Notes: a model not told the origin generated them from the letters alone. DNA of 64,000 nucleotides from an uncultured candidatus Porisulfidus sp. (GCA_965215125.1 OZ244052.1:704001-768000); one strand, 5' to 3'. Positions 10,703 through 22,166 are shown, counted from the first letter of the stretch. Translations and numbers: made by a program.

Positions 10703-11458
10703 TCACATATCGGTTAAGCCGATAGAAAATCGCTTTAGATAAGCCCTTACTCCGGTAATATAACGTCTACTCAAGTGTAATGTATCGGTCGTACATTTGA
10801 GACTCAACCGCAACCGTTGATTGTCGTCTCGATTCAGGCTTTTCATGTAGACTTTATTCACCAGAGTACTACGGTGTACTCTCATCAGAATATCACTAAA
10901 CTCTTGTTCCAGATTTTTTAGCGTTTCGGTTATCAAATGCGATCCGTTAATGTGTTTCACCATAGTATATTTTTGTTCGCTCTTGAAATAAATAATATCT
11001 TCCAACGACACCAATTCCAGTTGATTGGCGATGCGGCAATAGATATGACTGCGGCGATCTCGTTTGTATAGTCCTACCTCTTTAACACCCCTAATGATGT
11101 CGGGTTGCCGCAGCTGCTCCAGTTTTTCTTTGAGCTGATGGCGCGCGATAGGCTTCAATAGAAATCCCCTAGCGTTCACCTCAAAAGCAGAAAGCGCGTG
11201 CTGGCGATATGCCGTAGTAAAAACGATCTGCGGCGAGTTGGTGCCTTTGTTCATGTGTCGTGCCGCCTCCAGACCGTCCATCACCGGCATGTGGATATCC
11301 ATTAGTACTACATCTATATCCAAGACGTTTACCTTTTCGATTGCATCGAGACCGTTGTAAGCACAAGCCCTAACATAACAACCAGGTATCTCCGATACAA
11401 GTTGAATTAGTCTATCGCAGGCGTGTTTTTCATCATCGACTATCATGATATTCATCAT
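10703..11458 (-). CDS. LytTR-family response regulator (AlgR-like)
   Basis: Receiver IVDDE...DIHMP...FTTAY...LLKP; LytTR IYFKSEQKYT, RVHRSTLVN. Confidence 0.88.
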   Translation of the reverse strand: MMNIMIVDDEKHACDRLIQLVSEIPGCYVRACAYNGLDAIEKVNVLDIDVVLMDIHMPVMDGLEAARHMNKGTNSPQIVFTTAYRQHALSAFEVNARGFLLKPIARHQLKEKLEQLRQPDIIRGVKEVGLYKRDRRSHIYCRIANQLELVSLEDIIYFKSEQKYTMVKHINGSHLITETLKNLEQEFSDILMRVHRSTLVNKVYMKSLNRDDNQRLRLSLKCTTDTLHLSRRYITGVRAYLKRFSIGLTDM

Positions 11459-12492
11459 CTTAAACCTCCTTTAGGTATATTAATTGTTGCTCGATATTCC
11501 GTTTCGCATTGTTCCTTCTTGAAGCTAAAATCATCTCCGTAGACAAGTGCCAAACGACGCTCTATATTTGTCTGCGCCACACGATTACTTTGGCGCGGAT
11601 TATTGCTACCCAAGCTATCGCTATGCGGCGAATCTGAAGGTCGGGAATTATCAATAGGATTACAAACTTGGATAATTAAACGATTCCCCAGCGTGTATAG
11701 AGATATCGCGACAATGCCGCCTCCCAAAATATTCTCTATGCCGTGATAGATTGCATTCTCAACGAGCGGTTGCAGGATGAATGACGGCACTTTGATTGAA
11801 ATATTCGTATTGCGATCAAGAAACCAGCTAACCTGCAATCGCTCTTCGAGCCTGTATTTTTCTATTTCTAAATAGCACTTCACCAAAGCTATCTCCTCTT
11901 CCAAACTAATATATGTATTTAGGAACAACATCTTCCTTAATAAAATTGCGAATTTCTCTAGATTAACCTGAGCTAACTCAGGATTTTCTTGAATCCGACA
12001 AACGGTAGTATTTAGGGTATTGAATAGAAAATGATGGCGTATTTGGTTAAATAATTGAAGCGGTTCGCTTTTCAGCATCGCGCTCAGCCAATTTCTGAAA
12101 CCGTGCATTAATACAACGCTCAATAGTCCGTCTATCATCGCAACGGCAACAGAATTTAATTGCATCAAGGGGGCAGATGCAAAAATCGTCGTCAAAACGG
12201 TAAAAGCCTCAACTGCAAAATATGTAAATAAGCCGGTAATAACGCCACCGCTTATATAGACTATGACTGGTAGAGGGTTGCGGTATATATGCCAAATACA
12301 GACAGCTTTCAAACAAGCCATAATCTGTAGAACCAAGACCAAAGCCGAATAGATAACGATATTATGGATGCTCCAATCTTGTATTGTTAAGCCTAGAAAA
12401 GCTGTTTCAAATAATGCCGCTATGCAGAATAAGGCAACAAAAACATGTAGATTTGAATATGCCTTATTTTCATTCGTTTTAATCCCCCTCAT
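11455..12492 (-). CDS. LytS-type sensor histidine kinase (AlgZ/FimS-like)
   Basis: HFLFNTLN, YLEIEKYRLEERL, ILQPLVENAIYHG; N-terminal TM helices; coupled to the LytTR gene. Confidence 0.85.
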   Translation of the reverse strand: MRGIKTNENKAYSNLHVFVALFCIAALFETAFLGLTIQDWSIHNIVIYSALVLVLQIMACLKAVCIWHIYRNPLPVIVYISGGVITGLFTYFAVEAFTVLTTIFASAPLMQLNSVAVAMIDGLLSVVLMHGFRNWLSAMLKSEPLQLFNQIRHHFLFNTLNTTVCRIQENPELAQVNLEKFAILLRKMLFLNTYISLEEEIALVKCYLEIEKYRLEERLQVSWFLDRNTNISIKVPSFILQPLVENAIYHGIENILGGGIVAISLYTLGNRLIIQVCNPIDNSRPSDSPHSDSLGSNNPRQSNRVAQTNIERRLALVYGDDFSFKKEQCETEYRATINIPKGGLR

Positions 12493-12827
12493 GATCCTTC
12501 TCCTAACTACACAGTTATTCAGTATCTATAAGGCAGATGCACAGAATGTTGCAGCAGACCTTGCAATGGTTAAGCGATGCAATAAAGCATATCGCCTAAC
12601 TTCTAAAAACTATATAGGATAATCGCTTATCTGCGACAAGGGAACATGCCCTTGCCTAAAAAATTTAAGCGAGTAATAGGGAAAAATTTAATTAAAGCCG
12701 ATTAGTAGGTTTTGAAGCACACCTTTAACTTACGATTAATAGATGCGAGAACGGCAACTCGGCACACTATTTGTACATAGATGCGGTGCGCATTGATCGG
12801 AATGCGATATGCCGATCGAGCACCACG

Positions 12828-13466
12828 CTACGGATATATAAGTTCCGCTCTACGATTGAATTTGAATGCCTCTTCGGTATTGCCGTCAACCGCCGGGTGT
12901 TCTTCGCCGAAACTAATCACCGAAATACGCGAACCGTCTATGCCATGCGCTTCCAGTATAGTACGCACTGAATTTGCCCGATATTCTCCCAATGCCAGAT
13001 TGTAACCACCGGTGCCGCGTTGATCCGCATGTCCTTCTATGCGCAACACAATCTCGGGGTTTGTTTGCATAAAACGGGCATGGCGGGAGAGTATTTCCCG
13101 GGCATCGGGTTTGACTTCCGACTTATTGAAATCAAAATAGATAACCGTATATCTGAGTGCCGGATCGGCTTCTGATGCTTGTGAGTAAGCGACATTTGCA
13201 GAACTACCCGGGTCGGTGCCGTATAGTTCTTCCACAGTACCGGCAATATCGGGACTAAAGGGCTTGATTTCGATCGGCTGAGTTACAGCTTCGGAAACCT
13301 CCTTTTCTTCTGCTTCGGCAGGTGCGTCCATAGTTTCCTCCGGCTCCATGTCCACTTCCGGTTCTTGGGCGGACTCAAACTCTATCTGTGTAGTACCTGC
13401 ACAAGCACTTAAAAGTACTGTGAACCACAGCAATACGAAAATATTTACTAGGTAAGATTTATCCAT
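12828..13466 (-). CDS. pal: Peptidoglycan-associated lipoprotein (Pal/OmpA family)
   Basis: Lipobox LLSAC, IYFDFNKS, EGHADQRGTGGYNLALGEYRA, ISFGEEHP, NRRAEL. Start set at MDKSY. Confidence 0.85.
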   Translation of the reverse strand: MDKSYLVNIFVLLWFTVLLSACAGTTQIEFESAQEPEVDMEPEETMDAPAEAEEKEVSEAVTQPIEIKPFSPDIAGTVEELYGTDPGSSANVAYSQASEADPALRYTVIYFDFNKSEVKPDAREILSRHARFMQTNPEIVLRIEGHADQRGTGGYNLALGEYRANSVRTILEAHGIDGSRISVISFGEEHPAVDGNTEEAFKFNRRAELIYP

Positions 13467-13504
13467 GTTTATCCTCTCATCTTTAGCTTCCAAGACTCAA
13501 TATT

Positions 13505-14659
13505 CTAATCTACTTGCTTGCGCAAGAATGCCGGAATATCGAGCAAATTATTATATTTATCGTCTTCGGGCTTGGTCAATGCCGGCGATTGCGGTGCTTC
13601 GGAAGATGACGCACTGCCACCTTTTATGGTTTTGAGAGGCATCGGTTCGGATTCTATCTCTAAATCGGCATCGGCCACGAGATCGCTTTCTGCCTCGGTA
13701 TCGGCTTCTATACCGGTTGCAATCACCGTAATACGCAAGGTGTCACCCATAGACTCATCGGATACAACGCCCATTTTGAAGTTGGCATCGGCGGTGGTTA
13801 ACTCCTTAAAGCCTGCTCCTATCTCTTGAATCTCTCCGATTTTAATATTAGCACTGCTGATATTGACGAGTAGTCCGCGTACATTATTCAAATCCATGTC
13901 TTCGAGTAAAGGATTTTGAATTGCAGCGAGCATCGCTTCGTTTGCACGCCCTTCGCTTTCTGCCGTACCCGAACTAATCATCGCTCTACCCGGCTCGGAC
14001 ATCACGGTCTTTATATCTGCAAAATCCAGATTGATAGAGCCTTTACGAGTAATCAACTCGGCAATACCTTGCACTGCACCATGAAGTACATCGTGTGCTT
14101 TATCCATAGTAGCCTGCAATTCGGTATCGGGACCGAATACCGAGCAAAGTTTTTCGTTTGAGACGATAATCAACGAATCAACATATCTGCTTAACTCGTC
14201 GATACTTTTCTCGGCGATATCCATACGCCTAGCCTGTTCACATTCAAAGGGTTTAATTACCACCGCAACGGTCAATGCACCGAGCCCTTTTGCAATTTCT
14301 GCAATCACCGGTGCTGCACCGCTGCCGGTACCGCCACCCATACCTGCGGTAATAAACACCATATCGGTCTTCTCGATGATTTGGCGTATTTGATCGGCAT
14401 TTTCCTTTGCTGCGTCTCGCCCCACCTCCGGCTTGCCGCCGGCACCCAAGCCTTTGGTTAGGTCGGCTCCCAACTGTAAGCAGTTTGCTTTGCTACTCGA
14501 CAGAGCCTGCATGTCGGTATTGGCACAAATAAACTCGACACCCTCGAGATTCTTGGACATCATATAGTTGACGGTATTACCGCCGCACCCGCCGACACCG
14601 ATTACTTTGATAACGGCACCTTCGGGTCTTTTATTTTCTATAAGTTCAAACATTTTCAT
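13505..14659 (-). CDS. ftsZ: Cell division protein FtsZ
   Basis: [22 protein letters not shown]-terminal [12 protein letters not shown]. Confidence 0.98.
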   Translation of the reverse strand: MKMFELIENKRPEGAVIKVIGVGGCGGNTVNYMMSKNLEGVEFICANTDMQALSSSKANCLQLGADLTKGLGAGGKPEVGRDAAKENADQIRQIIEKTDMVFITAGMGGGTGSGAAPVIAEIAKGLGALTVAVVIKPFECEQARRMDIAEKSIDELSRYVDSLIIVSNEKLCSVFGPDTELQATMDKAHDVLHGAVQGIAELITRKGSINLDFADIKTVMSEPGRAMISSGTAESEGRANEAMLAAIQNPLLEDMDLNNVRGLLVNISSANIKIGEIQEIGAGFKELTTADANFKMGVVSDESMGDTLRITVIATGIEADTEAESDLVADADLEIESEPMPLKTIKGGSASSSEAPQSPALTKPEDDKYNNLLDIPAFLRKQVD

Positions 14660-14685
14660 TTCTCCTATAAGTTAAAAATATCGGA

Positions 14686-15903
14686 TTAATAATGGTATTG
14701 AAACCAACGCCACGCTTTTAACCAAGCGGTTTTGAGACGACTACGCTCCGACTTATTTATCTCCACATATACCGTTGAGTCTTTTGCGTAGAGTAATAAA
14801 CCGAAACCGGTCGCATAAATCGGGTCTTTGAGATTGTCGGTGGTACCCTTCAGTTGCCGAGGACTACCCATGCGCACCGGCATATCAAAAAAATCCTTTG
14901 CCAAATCGCAAACGCCCTCCAGTTTGGAACCACCACCGGTTAACACGATACCGGAAATTACATCTTGCTCGAATTTTTTTTGTATGTGTTCTTGTGTTAA
15001 TCCGAAAATTTCATCGTACCGAGCTTCTATAATTTCTGCTAAAATTTTCCGTTTACAATTTATTGCCGAGGTGTCATCGGACAATGCGTGTAGTTCTATG
15101 GTTTCGTTGATGTTTTTAATGCAGGCTTTGGTGCACCCGTACTTGAGCTTTATTTCTTCGGCATGATTGGGAGGTGTGCGCAAGACTTTCGCGATATCGT
15201 TGCTTACATGGTCGCCGGCAACCGGAATAACCCCGATATCTATAATTTCTCCTTTGGTATAAATCGCAATATCGGTCGTGCCGCCACCTATATCTATCAT
15301 GCAAACTCCTAATTCACGCTCGTCGGTAGTCAACACCGCCATCCCGGAAGCAACCGGCTCAAGCACCATTTCTTCTATGTTGATTCCACACTGCTCTACG
15401 CAGTTTTTGATATTGCGTATTTGATATTTACCGCCGGTAATCATATATACTTTTGCTTCCAGACGACGGCCTGCCATGCCTTCGGGGTTTCTGATTCCCG
15501 ACTCGCCGTCTACCATAAATTCTCGGGGAAAAGCATGCAAAATCTCTTGATCACCGGCAACGGGTATTGATTTAGCGGTTTCAACCGCATTGTTCATATC
15601 GAATTCCGAAACTTCTCCGTCGAGTATAGGTGCTGCATCTTCACTCAGTATGCCTTGGATATGTTCACCGGAAATGCCCACATGAGCTGAGGTTATCCCC
15701 TCCTTCTCATCAAGCATGAGTTCGGCTGCCTGTATAGAACTTTGTATAGAATCGACCATCTGTTCTATATCAATGACTATTCCCTTTCTCATACCTTTAG
15801 ACGGACAAACTCCGGAAGCGAGAATTTTAAGCGAGCCGTCCTCTGCTACATCGGCAACCAAAGTTGCAATTTTGTTGGTTCCTATATCGATCGCCGCTAA
15901 CAT
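14686..15903 (-). CDS. ftsA: Cell division protein FtsA
   Basis: AIDIGTNK, IDIGGGTTD, VLTGGGSKL. Start set at ATG 15903 after a GGAGG RBS. Confidence 0.96.
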   Translation of the reverse strand: MLAAIDIGTNKIATLVADVAEDGSLKILASGVCPSKGMRKGIVIDIEQMVDSIQSSIQAAELMLDEKEGITSAHVGISGEHIQGILSEDAAPILDGEVSEFDMNNAVETAKSIPVAGDQEILHAFPREFMVDGESGIRNPEGMAGRRLEAKVYMITGGKYQIRNIKNCVEQCGINIEEMVLEPVASGMAVLTTDERELGVCMIDIGGGTTDIAIYTKGEIIDIGVIPVAGDHVSNDIAKVLRTPPNHAEEIKLKYGCTKACIKNINETIELHALSDDTSAINCKRKILAEIIEARYDEIFGLTQEHIQKKFEQDVISGIVLTGGGSKLEGVCDLAKDFFDMPVRMGSPRQLKGTTDNLKDPIYATGFGLLLYAKDSTVYVEINKSERSRLKTAWLKAWRWFQYHY

Positions 15904-16670
15904 GCCTGCGACCCTCCGTCTTTTTTCCAGCGCACCGCAAAACCGTCTAAATATCTCAAGTCTATGCATACAACACGATGTATATGATCGACGAAACCGG
16001 CTTGATAAGCAGCTATAAATCTTTTGATGCGCTGTTCAAAAAGATGTCTGCCTAAAATCAAGCGAGGTGCATTCTCCAACTGCACGGTATAAGTTCGGCT
16101 TTGATCTTCTCTCAAGTAAATTACGCGTAAACCGACGGGGGCTAACCAATCGGTCAACCGCCGATAGGAAGCAAGCAGATCCTTTTCACGACCCGCCGCA
16201 GCATCGAATATAGGCAAATTATCGTTATCGGTTAAGTGCGGTCTAAATACCTCGCCGCTCTTATCCAACAAAGCCTGTCCTCCCCAATACGCAACCGCTT
16301 CGCGTTCTTGTATGGTCAGAATTAGTGTGTCGTCGCGCCAACTACGTTTAATTAGAACATTCTTAACCCACGGCAAATCTTTTAATATTTTTGCTATCAC
16401 ATCCATCTCGTCCCTGCCTATGGAATGACCCAGAAAGGGATACAACAGTTGCTCTATTTCAAAGCGATCCACCCGTCTATATTCACCTTCCACGCGTACA
16501 TGTTTAATCTCCTTAAATAACAATCTATCCCAATCTATATCTAGCTGCTTTGCCACGACTAAAATTGTAACCAAAACAGAAATCAATATGCCGTACTGGC
16601 AGTATCGCGCGAGTTGATATCTTAGGGACTTAGGCTCGCGGTATTGCACATAAGACATTGAGTAATTCAT
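15897..16670 (-). CDS. ftsQ: Cell division protein FtsQ/DivIB
   Basis: Single TM, POTRA-like LPWVKNVLIKRSW, IDLRYLDGFAVRW; lies between ddl and ftsA. Confidence 0.92.
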   Translation of the reverse strand: MNYSMSYVQYREPKSLRYQLARYCQYGILISVLVTILVVAKQLDIDWDRLLFKEIKHVRVEGEYRRVDRFEIEQLLYPFLGHSIGRDEMDVIAKILKDLPWVKNVLIKRSWRDDTLILTIQEREAVAYWGGQALLDKSGEVFRPHLTDNDNLPIFDAAAGREKDLLASYRRLTDWLAPVGLRVIYLREDQSRTYTVQLENAPRLILGRHLFEQRIKRFIAAYQAGFVDHIHRVVCIDLRYLDGFAVRWKKDGGSQAC

Positions 16671-17584
16671 AATTTCTCCTTTTTGGCCGTTGCCAATATC
16701 TTCAATACCAGTTGTTTGAAGTCTATGCCTGCCGCCTTGGCAGACATCGGCACTAAACTGTGACTCGTAAGACCGGGTACCGTGTTGACCTCAAGTAGCC
16801 AAAATTTACCTGCGGCATCGCGTACGACATCAACCCGTCCCCATCCTGCAACGCCTATCGATTGACACGCATGCAAACATAAGTTTTCCAGTTCCTCAAG
16901 AGCTTGTGACGACAAGCCACAAGGGCAATGATAGCGAGTTCCGTGGTCTTCGTATTTTGCAGCATAGTCATAAAATATACGAGATGTCTGCAACCGTATC
17001 GGCGGCAAGATTTTGCCTTCCAATAAGGTCACCGCATACTCGTCGCCCGTCACCCAAACTTCTGCAAATAGTGTTTTTGAAACCGCAAAGGCGGCGGATA
17101 GTGCCTTATCAAAGTCGTCCGGATTTTCTACCTTAGAGACACCTATGCTCGATCCCTCACACATCGGTTTAAGCGCAAAAGGTAGACCGATTTGTGCGGC
17201 AACAGCTTCCATATCCGAGTGCTTGTCGACGATAACAAAAGGCGGTGTAGGCAGTTTTTGCGATAACCAAATTCGTTTGGTGGAGATTTTGTTCATAGAC
17301 AAAGCCGAAGCAAGTACGCCGCTACCGGTGTAAGGTATATTGAGCATCTCGAGCATACCTTGCAAAGTGCCGTCCTCTCCACCTCGCCCGTGTATTGCAA
17401 TAAAGGCATGATCATAACAACCGATTGACAAAGGCAATACGGTTTTCGGCGTGAGGTCATAGGCGATTGCGTCTACTTCCGAATCTCGCAATGCGGCAAT
17501 CACCGCATTTCCGGTATCTAAAGAGATCATTCTCTCCGACGACCATCCACCCATAAATACCGCAACTTTGCCGAACTCAAGCAT
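16667..17584 (-). CDS. ddl: D-alanine--D-alanine ligase
   Basis: GGWSSERMISL, HGRGGEDG, EGSSIGV, LEVNTVPG. Start set at MLEFGKV. Confidence 0.96.
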   Translation of the reverse strand: MLEFGKVAVFMGGWSSERMISLDTGNAVIAALRDSEVDAIAYDLTPKTVLPLSIGCYDHAFIAIHGRGGEDGTLQGMLEMLNIPYTGSGVLASALSMNKISTKRIWLSQKLPTPPFVIVDKHSDMEAVAAQIGLPFALKPMCEGSSIGVSKVENPDDFDKALSAAFAVSKTLFAEVWVTGDEYAVTLLEGKILPPIRLQTSRIFYDYAAKYEDHGTRYHCPCGLSSQALEELENLCLHACQSIGVAGWGRVDVVRDAAGKFWLLEVNTVPGLTSHSLVPMSAKAAGIDFKQLVLKILATAKKEKL

Positions 17585-18485
17585 GATGATCTCCGATGAT
17601 GATGACTTCCGGCTGCAGATGTACACCGCTGTGTTCCTTGACGACAGCCTGAATGTGCACAATCAATTCCTCTATATCGTTTGCCGTCGCCGAACCTTTG
17701 TTGACTATGAAATTTGCATGTTTTTCCGACACCATTGCATTACCGACGGTATGCGACTTCAAGCCACACTCTTCTATAAGCCGTCCGGCCGAACTACCCT
17801 GCAGATTTCTGAAAACAGAACCGCAACTCGGTGCATTGGTCGGTTGAGTCCGATTACGCATCTCAAGATATGTTTTGAGCTGATCGCGTAACTTGTCTTT
17901 GGTTTTTATTTTTTGAGGTCGTTTGAATTCGCCCGAAATAATACATTCATCTTCGAGCAAATCTACGAACCTATAGCCGACATCAATCTCGTTGCGCACC
18001 CGCTTTTTCCTTGTTCCTTGTCGATCGATGGTCTCGATCGCAACCGTATAGTCCCAAATCTCGTTACCGAAAGCACCGGCATTCATCTTAAGTGCGCCCC
18101 CCAAAGTGCCGGGGATGCCAACCATAAACTCCAAGCCCGGTAGACCGTTATTTACATAAAAACGCGCCAGTTGTGCACAACTCGTGCTTGCACCTGCGCA
18201 TATCATATCTTCGCCACGCTGTTCTATCCAATTAAAACCAGTGCCTAAGCTGATTACGATTCCTCTAATACCACCGTCTCGAACCAACACATTGCTACCT
18301 AAACCTAGATAGAAAATCGGATAATCGGCAGCGCAATATCTTAGAAAATGGCTTAGTGCTGCGACATCGTCAGCCTTAAAAAAACAGTCCGCTGCACCGC
18401 CGACACGCCAGGTGTTCAGGCGTTTCAAGCTATGATCGAAATATAAAGAACCTTTAAGATTTTCGGTGTCGCACTGTAACATCAT
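17577..18485 (-). CDS. murB: UDP-N-acetylmuramate dehydrogenase
   Basis: GLGSNVLVRDGG, GIPGTLGGALKMNAGA, SCGSVFRN, SEKHANFIVN. Confidence 0.96.
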   Translation of the reverse strand: MMLQCDTENLKGSLYFDHSLKRLNTWRVGGAADCFFKADDVAALSHFLRYCAADYPIFYLGLGSNVLVRDGGIRGIVISLGTGFNWIEQRGEDMICAGASTSCAQLARFYVNNGLPGLEFMVGIPGTLGGALKMNAGAFGNEIWDYTVAIETIDRQGTRKKRVRNEIDVGYRFVDLLEDECIISGEFKRPQKIKTKDKLRDQLKTYLEMRNRTQPTNAPSCGSVFRNLQGSSAGRLIEECGLKSHTVGNAMVSEKHANFIVNKGSATANDIEELIVHIQAVVKEHSGVHLQPEVIIIGDHHA

Positions 18486-19930
18486 GACGGTATTTCCTCG
18501 GATGAAAAATTTTTTATAGCGAAGCGATCAACCAAATCCTTAGGGAGCTTGGAAATAGACCCGGCACCCATTGTTAATACGATATCGCCGTCGCGCACAA
18601 CCGCATCGAGCACTTCGGGCACGCTTGCCATAGTATCGAGACAAATAGGAATCAGATGCCCGCGTGCACGTATTGCACGGCTCAGCGCATCGCTGTCCGC
18701 ACCTTTAATCGGTGTTTCACCGGCAGCATAGACATCGAGCAAAATCAATTCTTCAACTTCGTTTAGAACATCGCAAAAATCGTTGAATAAAGCATGTGTA
18801 CGCGTGTAGCGATGCGGTTGGAATATCAATACTTTACGCCGCCCACGCCATATATCGCCGGCAGTGCTTAGCACCGCTTTTATCTCGTTCGGATGATGTC
18901 CGTAATCGTCTATCAGGTGTGCATTACCGTGTGCCGTTTGTAGCATGCCGTAATTTTGCATGCGGCGCCCTATACCTTGAAATTCGGCTAAAGCCTTTGC
19001 AATTATCTTTATGGTCACGCCCAATTTGACTCCCACTGCAATCGCCGCAAGCGCATTTAACACATTGTGCCGACCCGGCAAATTCAGCATGAATTTATGT
19101 ACCTCGGTCTCATCGGCGATGCTTAATTGAAAGTGGCTCGTCATATTTTCAAAGCGAATAGCCTCGGCAACAAAATCGTTGTCTTTGCCGAAACCGTAAG
19201 TTAAGCAACGACGACCGAATCGAGTTATCAGTTCTCGTACCACCGGGTCTTCGTTGCAAGCGATTACAACACCGTAAAACGGTAAATTGTGTACAAAATC
19301 TACGAACGCGTTTTGTAAAAATTCAAAATTGTTTTTATACGCCGCCAAATGATCGGTATCGATATTCGTAATAACCGACATCATCGGCTGCAAATGTAGA
19401 AAGGAAGCGTCGCTTTCGTCGGCTTCGGCAACCATGTAATGACTTTCACCCAAACGCGCATTGCCGCCATGACTATTCACTTTACCGCCGATGACAAAGG
19501 TCGGATCCAAGTCGGCTTTGGTCAAAATTGCTGCGATTAAACTCGTCGTCGTCGTTTTGCCGTGCGTACCGGAAACCGCAATACCGAAATGAAAGCGCAT
19601 CAGTTCGGAGAGCATCTCGGCTCGTTTGATTATCGGAATATTATGCTCCCGTGCAGCGGACACCTCCGGATTATCGGAAGCAATCGCAGAAGATACAACC
19701 ACAACATTGCACCCTTTAACGTAGTCTGCACGGTGCCCTATAAAGATCCGCATGCCGAGTGCCTCTAGTTTTGATATCGTCGTGCTATGCGCAATATCCG
19801 AACCTTGTACCTTGCAACCCATATTGCACAATACCTCTGCGATGCCGCTCATGCCGATACCGCCGATGCCTACTAAATGTATCGTACCCATGCTGTCGTA
19901 GACTTGTCTTAGGTTGTTATTCGTTTTCAC
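18482..19930 (-). CDS. murC: UDP-N-acetylmuramate--L-alanine ligase
   Basis: GIGGIGMSGIA, GTHGKTTTT, EADESD, DDYGHHP. Exact start uncertain. Confidence 0.96.
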   Translation of the reverse strand: MKTNNNLRQVYDSMGTIHLVGIGGIGMSGIAEVLCNMGCKVQGSDIAHSTTISKLEALGMRIFIGHRADYVKGCNVVVVSSAIASDNPEVSAAREHNIPIIKRAEMLSELMRFHFGIAVSGTHGKTTTTSLIAAILTKADLDPTFVIGGKVNSHGGNARLGESHYMVAEADESDASFLHLQPMMSVITNIDTDHLAAYKNNFEFLQNAFVDFVHNLPFYGVVIACNEDPVVRELITRFGRRCLTYGFGKDNDFVAEAIRFENMTSHFQLSIADETEVHKFMLNLPGRHNVLNALAAIAVGVKLGVTIKIIAKALAEFQGIGRRMQNYGMLQTAHGNAHLIDDYGHHPNEIKAVLSTAGDIWRGRRKVLIFQPHRYTRTHALFNDFCDVLNEVEELILLDVYAAGETPIKGADSDALSRAIRARGHLIPICLDTMASVPEVLDAVVRDGDIVLTMGAGSISKLPKDLVDRFAIKNFSSEEIPS

Positions 19931-21006
19931 ACCGCCATCTCCGCAATACATATATCGGCAATCTTGCGGTCGGCATCGAGTGTCGCCGCCGCCTTGATTG
20001 CTTTGGACATCTCGAGTAGAGATTTTCTGTTGTTTACAAAACCCAGTAATAAATCGGCAAGCCTGACGGCCGTTAGTTGATCTTGCGGTACTAAAATCGC
20101 AGCGTTTTTGGCAACTAAATGACGAGCATTCGCAGATTGATGATCGTCAACCGCGTGAGGATACGGCACCAAGATTGCAGTGCGTCCCGCCGCAGAGATT
20201 TCCGCCAAGGTCATCGCACCGGCTCTACACAAAACTAAATCGGCCCAGCGGTAAAGCTCGTGCATTTTCTCTTCGAACTCAAAAGCTCTGTAGTGTACTT
20301 TTAATGCCTCTATGCGTGATAAAATTTCTTGCAAATGTCCTTTGCCGGTTTGATGTCTCACTTCGGGACGCTGCGTCTCGTCTATTAACGCAATCGCCTG
20401 CGGGACAATTTCATTCAAAAAATTCGCCCCCAGACTGCCACCGACGACGAGCAGATGTAGTCTGTCGTGTTCGATCGACTTTGGGTCCGGCGCATCGGCT
20501 ATCATCTCGGTGCGTACCGGATTCCCCACCCACACGACCTCCTTGGACTTAAACGACTCGGGAAATCCACAAAGAATTCGTCGACTCAAAAATGCTAGGC
20601 ATTTATTGGTTAAACCGGCGATCGCATTTTGCTCGTGTATGATCAACGGAATACCGAGCAAATAGGCAACGACGCCGCCGGGGCCGGTCACAAACCCCCC
20701 CATGCCCAGGACCAAAGACGGACGATGTCTGATAAATTGCAATAATATCTTCCAAAATGCGATGCTCAAAATCCACGGTGCCGTCAACCAATTCAATAAA
20801 CCTTTGCCTCTCAAGGCTTTGACTCGCACGCCTACAAAATCGATTTCCTCATCGGGCACGACGCGAGACTCAAGCCCGTCCAAAGTACCAAGCCACAGCA
20901 CATCTATGCGTCGCGCTTTAAGACGGCGACCGACGGCGATACCGGGAAAAACATGACCCCCCGTTCCACCTGCCATAATTACAATCAACGGGGTTTTAGC
21001 GGCCAT
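19927..21006 (-). CDS. murG: Lipid II GlcNAc transferase
   Basis: AGGTGGHVFPG, HEQNAIAG, GGSLGA, DHQSANA. Confidence 0.97.
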   Translation of the reverse strand: MAAKTPLIVIMAGGTGGHVFPGIAVGRRLKARRIDVLWLGTLDGLESRVVPDEEIDFVGVRVKALRGKGLLNWLTAPWILSIAFWKILLQFIRHRPSLVLGMGGFVTGPGGVVAYLLGIPLIIHEQNAIAGLTNKCLAFLSRRILCGFPESFKSKEVVWVGNPVRTEMIADAPDPKSIEHDRLHLLVVGGSLGANFLNEIVPQAIALIDETQRPEVRHQTGKGHLQEILSRIEALKVHYRAFEFEEKMHELYRWADLVLCRAGAMTLAEISAAGRTAILVPYPHAVDDHQSANARHLVAKNAAILVPQDQLTAVRLADLLLGFVNNRKSLLEMSKAIKAAATLDADRKIADICIAEMAV

Positions 21007-22159
21007 ACCGTACCTCGCCTTTGGTGTGATATGTAGATATAGAGACCTCGTAATTGATGCGCATCAATAGCACCACGGCAAGAATCAATGCCAGCAAACT
21101 GCTACCACCGGCACTAACGAAAGGCAAAGTGATACCCTTAGTCGGCAGATATCCCAGAACGACACCGGCGTTGATTAAAAACTGTACGAATATCCATAGA
21201 CCGACACCGTAAGCATAAAAAGTATAGCTAAGAAATCCTCGTCGGTATGCTTTTTGCGCGATCAAAAAGCAACATCGGGTTAAGAAGTAAAACAATAAAA
21301 TCAAAAGACAGACACTTATAATGCCGAGTTCTTCGGCAATGATTGCCAATATAAAATCGGTATGCGCTTCGGGTAAATACGATAGCTTTTGTATACTATC
21401 ACCTAGACCGACACCGAACCAGCCGCCGTTTTTAATCGCAATCAAAGATTCTATCAGCTGATATCCGGCACCGAATCGATCCTGCCAAGGATCCATAAAA
21501 ACGAGTAGGCGCTGCATCCTATACGGCTCTATTATCATCAGCCCCAACAATGTAAGACCACTTGCAAATGCGGATATCGAGAAAGGTATCAAACGCACCG
21601 GTGCTAAAAATAGCATGCCGAACATAATCACAAGGATTACCACTGCGGTGCCGTAATCGGGCTGCATTATGAGTAATACGGCAATGCCGGTTCCCACGGC
21701 CAGAGGCTTAACGAACTCCCACAGGCTGGTCGGAAGCCTCGTAAAATGACGGCCGATATAATCGGCGACGAAAATAATCATAAAAAGTTTTACGAACTCG
21801 GAAGGCTGTACGGTGAAAAATTGAAAGTCCAACCAACGGTGGCTCCCGTTAACTTCTTTACCTACTATAGGAGAGAATACTAGGAGGAGTAAGATAATAG
21901 ATACGATGACCAGGACTAGAGAGACACCGCGGTTGAAAATCGTAGCTATCGGTACAAAACATATAATCGCAACTAAGATCAGCGATAACATAATGTAAAA
22001 CAGTTGCTTAATCGTGTAATGGAACGCATCGTCGGCAACAAGTTCAAACGAAGCGGATGCGACCATCACCACACCCAAACCCAACAAGATCGCTATGCAG
22101 CAAAGCATAGACTTGTTATAGTCCACCAAAAAGTCGTGTTTGATAGTTGCATTTGTCAT
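20996..22159 (-). CDS. ftsW: SEDS peptidoglycan polymerase FtsW
   Basis: QPSEFVK, QPDYGT, LPEAHTDFI, GITLPFVSAGGSS. Start set at MTNATIK. Confidence 0.95.
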   Translation of the reverse strand: MTNATIKHDFLVDYNKSMLCCIAILLGLGVVMVASASFELVADDAFHYTIKQLFYIMLSLILVAIICFVPIATIFNRGVSLVLVIVSIILLLLVFSPIVGKEVNGSHRWLDFQFFTVQPSEFVKLFMIIFVADYIGRHFTRLPTSLWEFVKPLAVGTGIAVLLIMQPDYGTAVVILVIMFGMLFLAPVRLIPFSISAFASGLTLLGLMIIEPYRMQRLLVFMDPWQDRFGAGYQLIESLIAIKNGGWFGVGLGDSIQKLSYLPEAHTDFILAIIAEELGIISVCLLILLFYFLTRCCFLIAQKAYRRGFLSYTFYAYGVGLWIFVQFLINAGVVLGYLPTKGITLPFVSAGGSSLLALILAVVLLMRINYEVSISTYHTKGEVRYGR

Positions 22160-22166
22160 ATTCTTA

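Noticed and set aside
10488-10742. ORFs 10488..10706 and 10551..10742 with repeated peptides
   Set aside because: They are translations of the 48-bp REP unit; the same applies to 48824-49058, 50932-51156 and 56914-57181.
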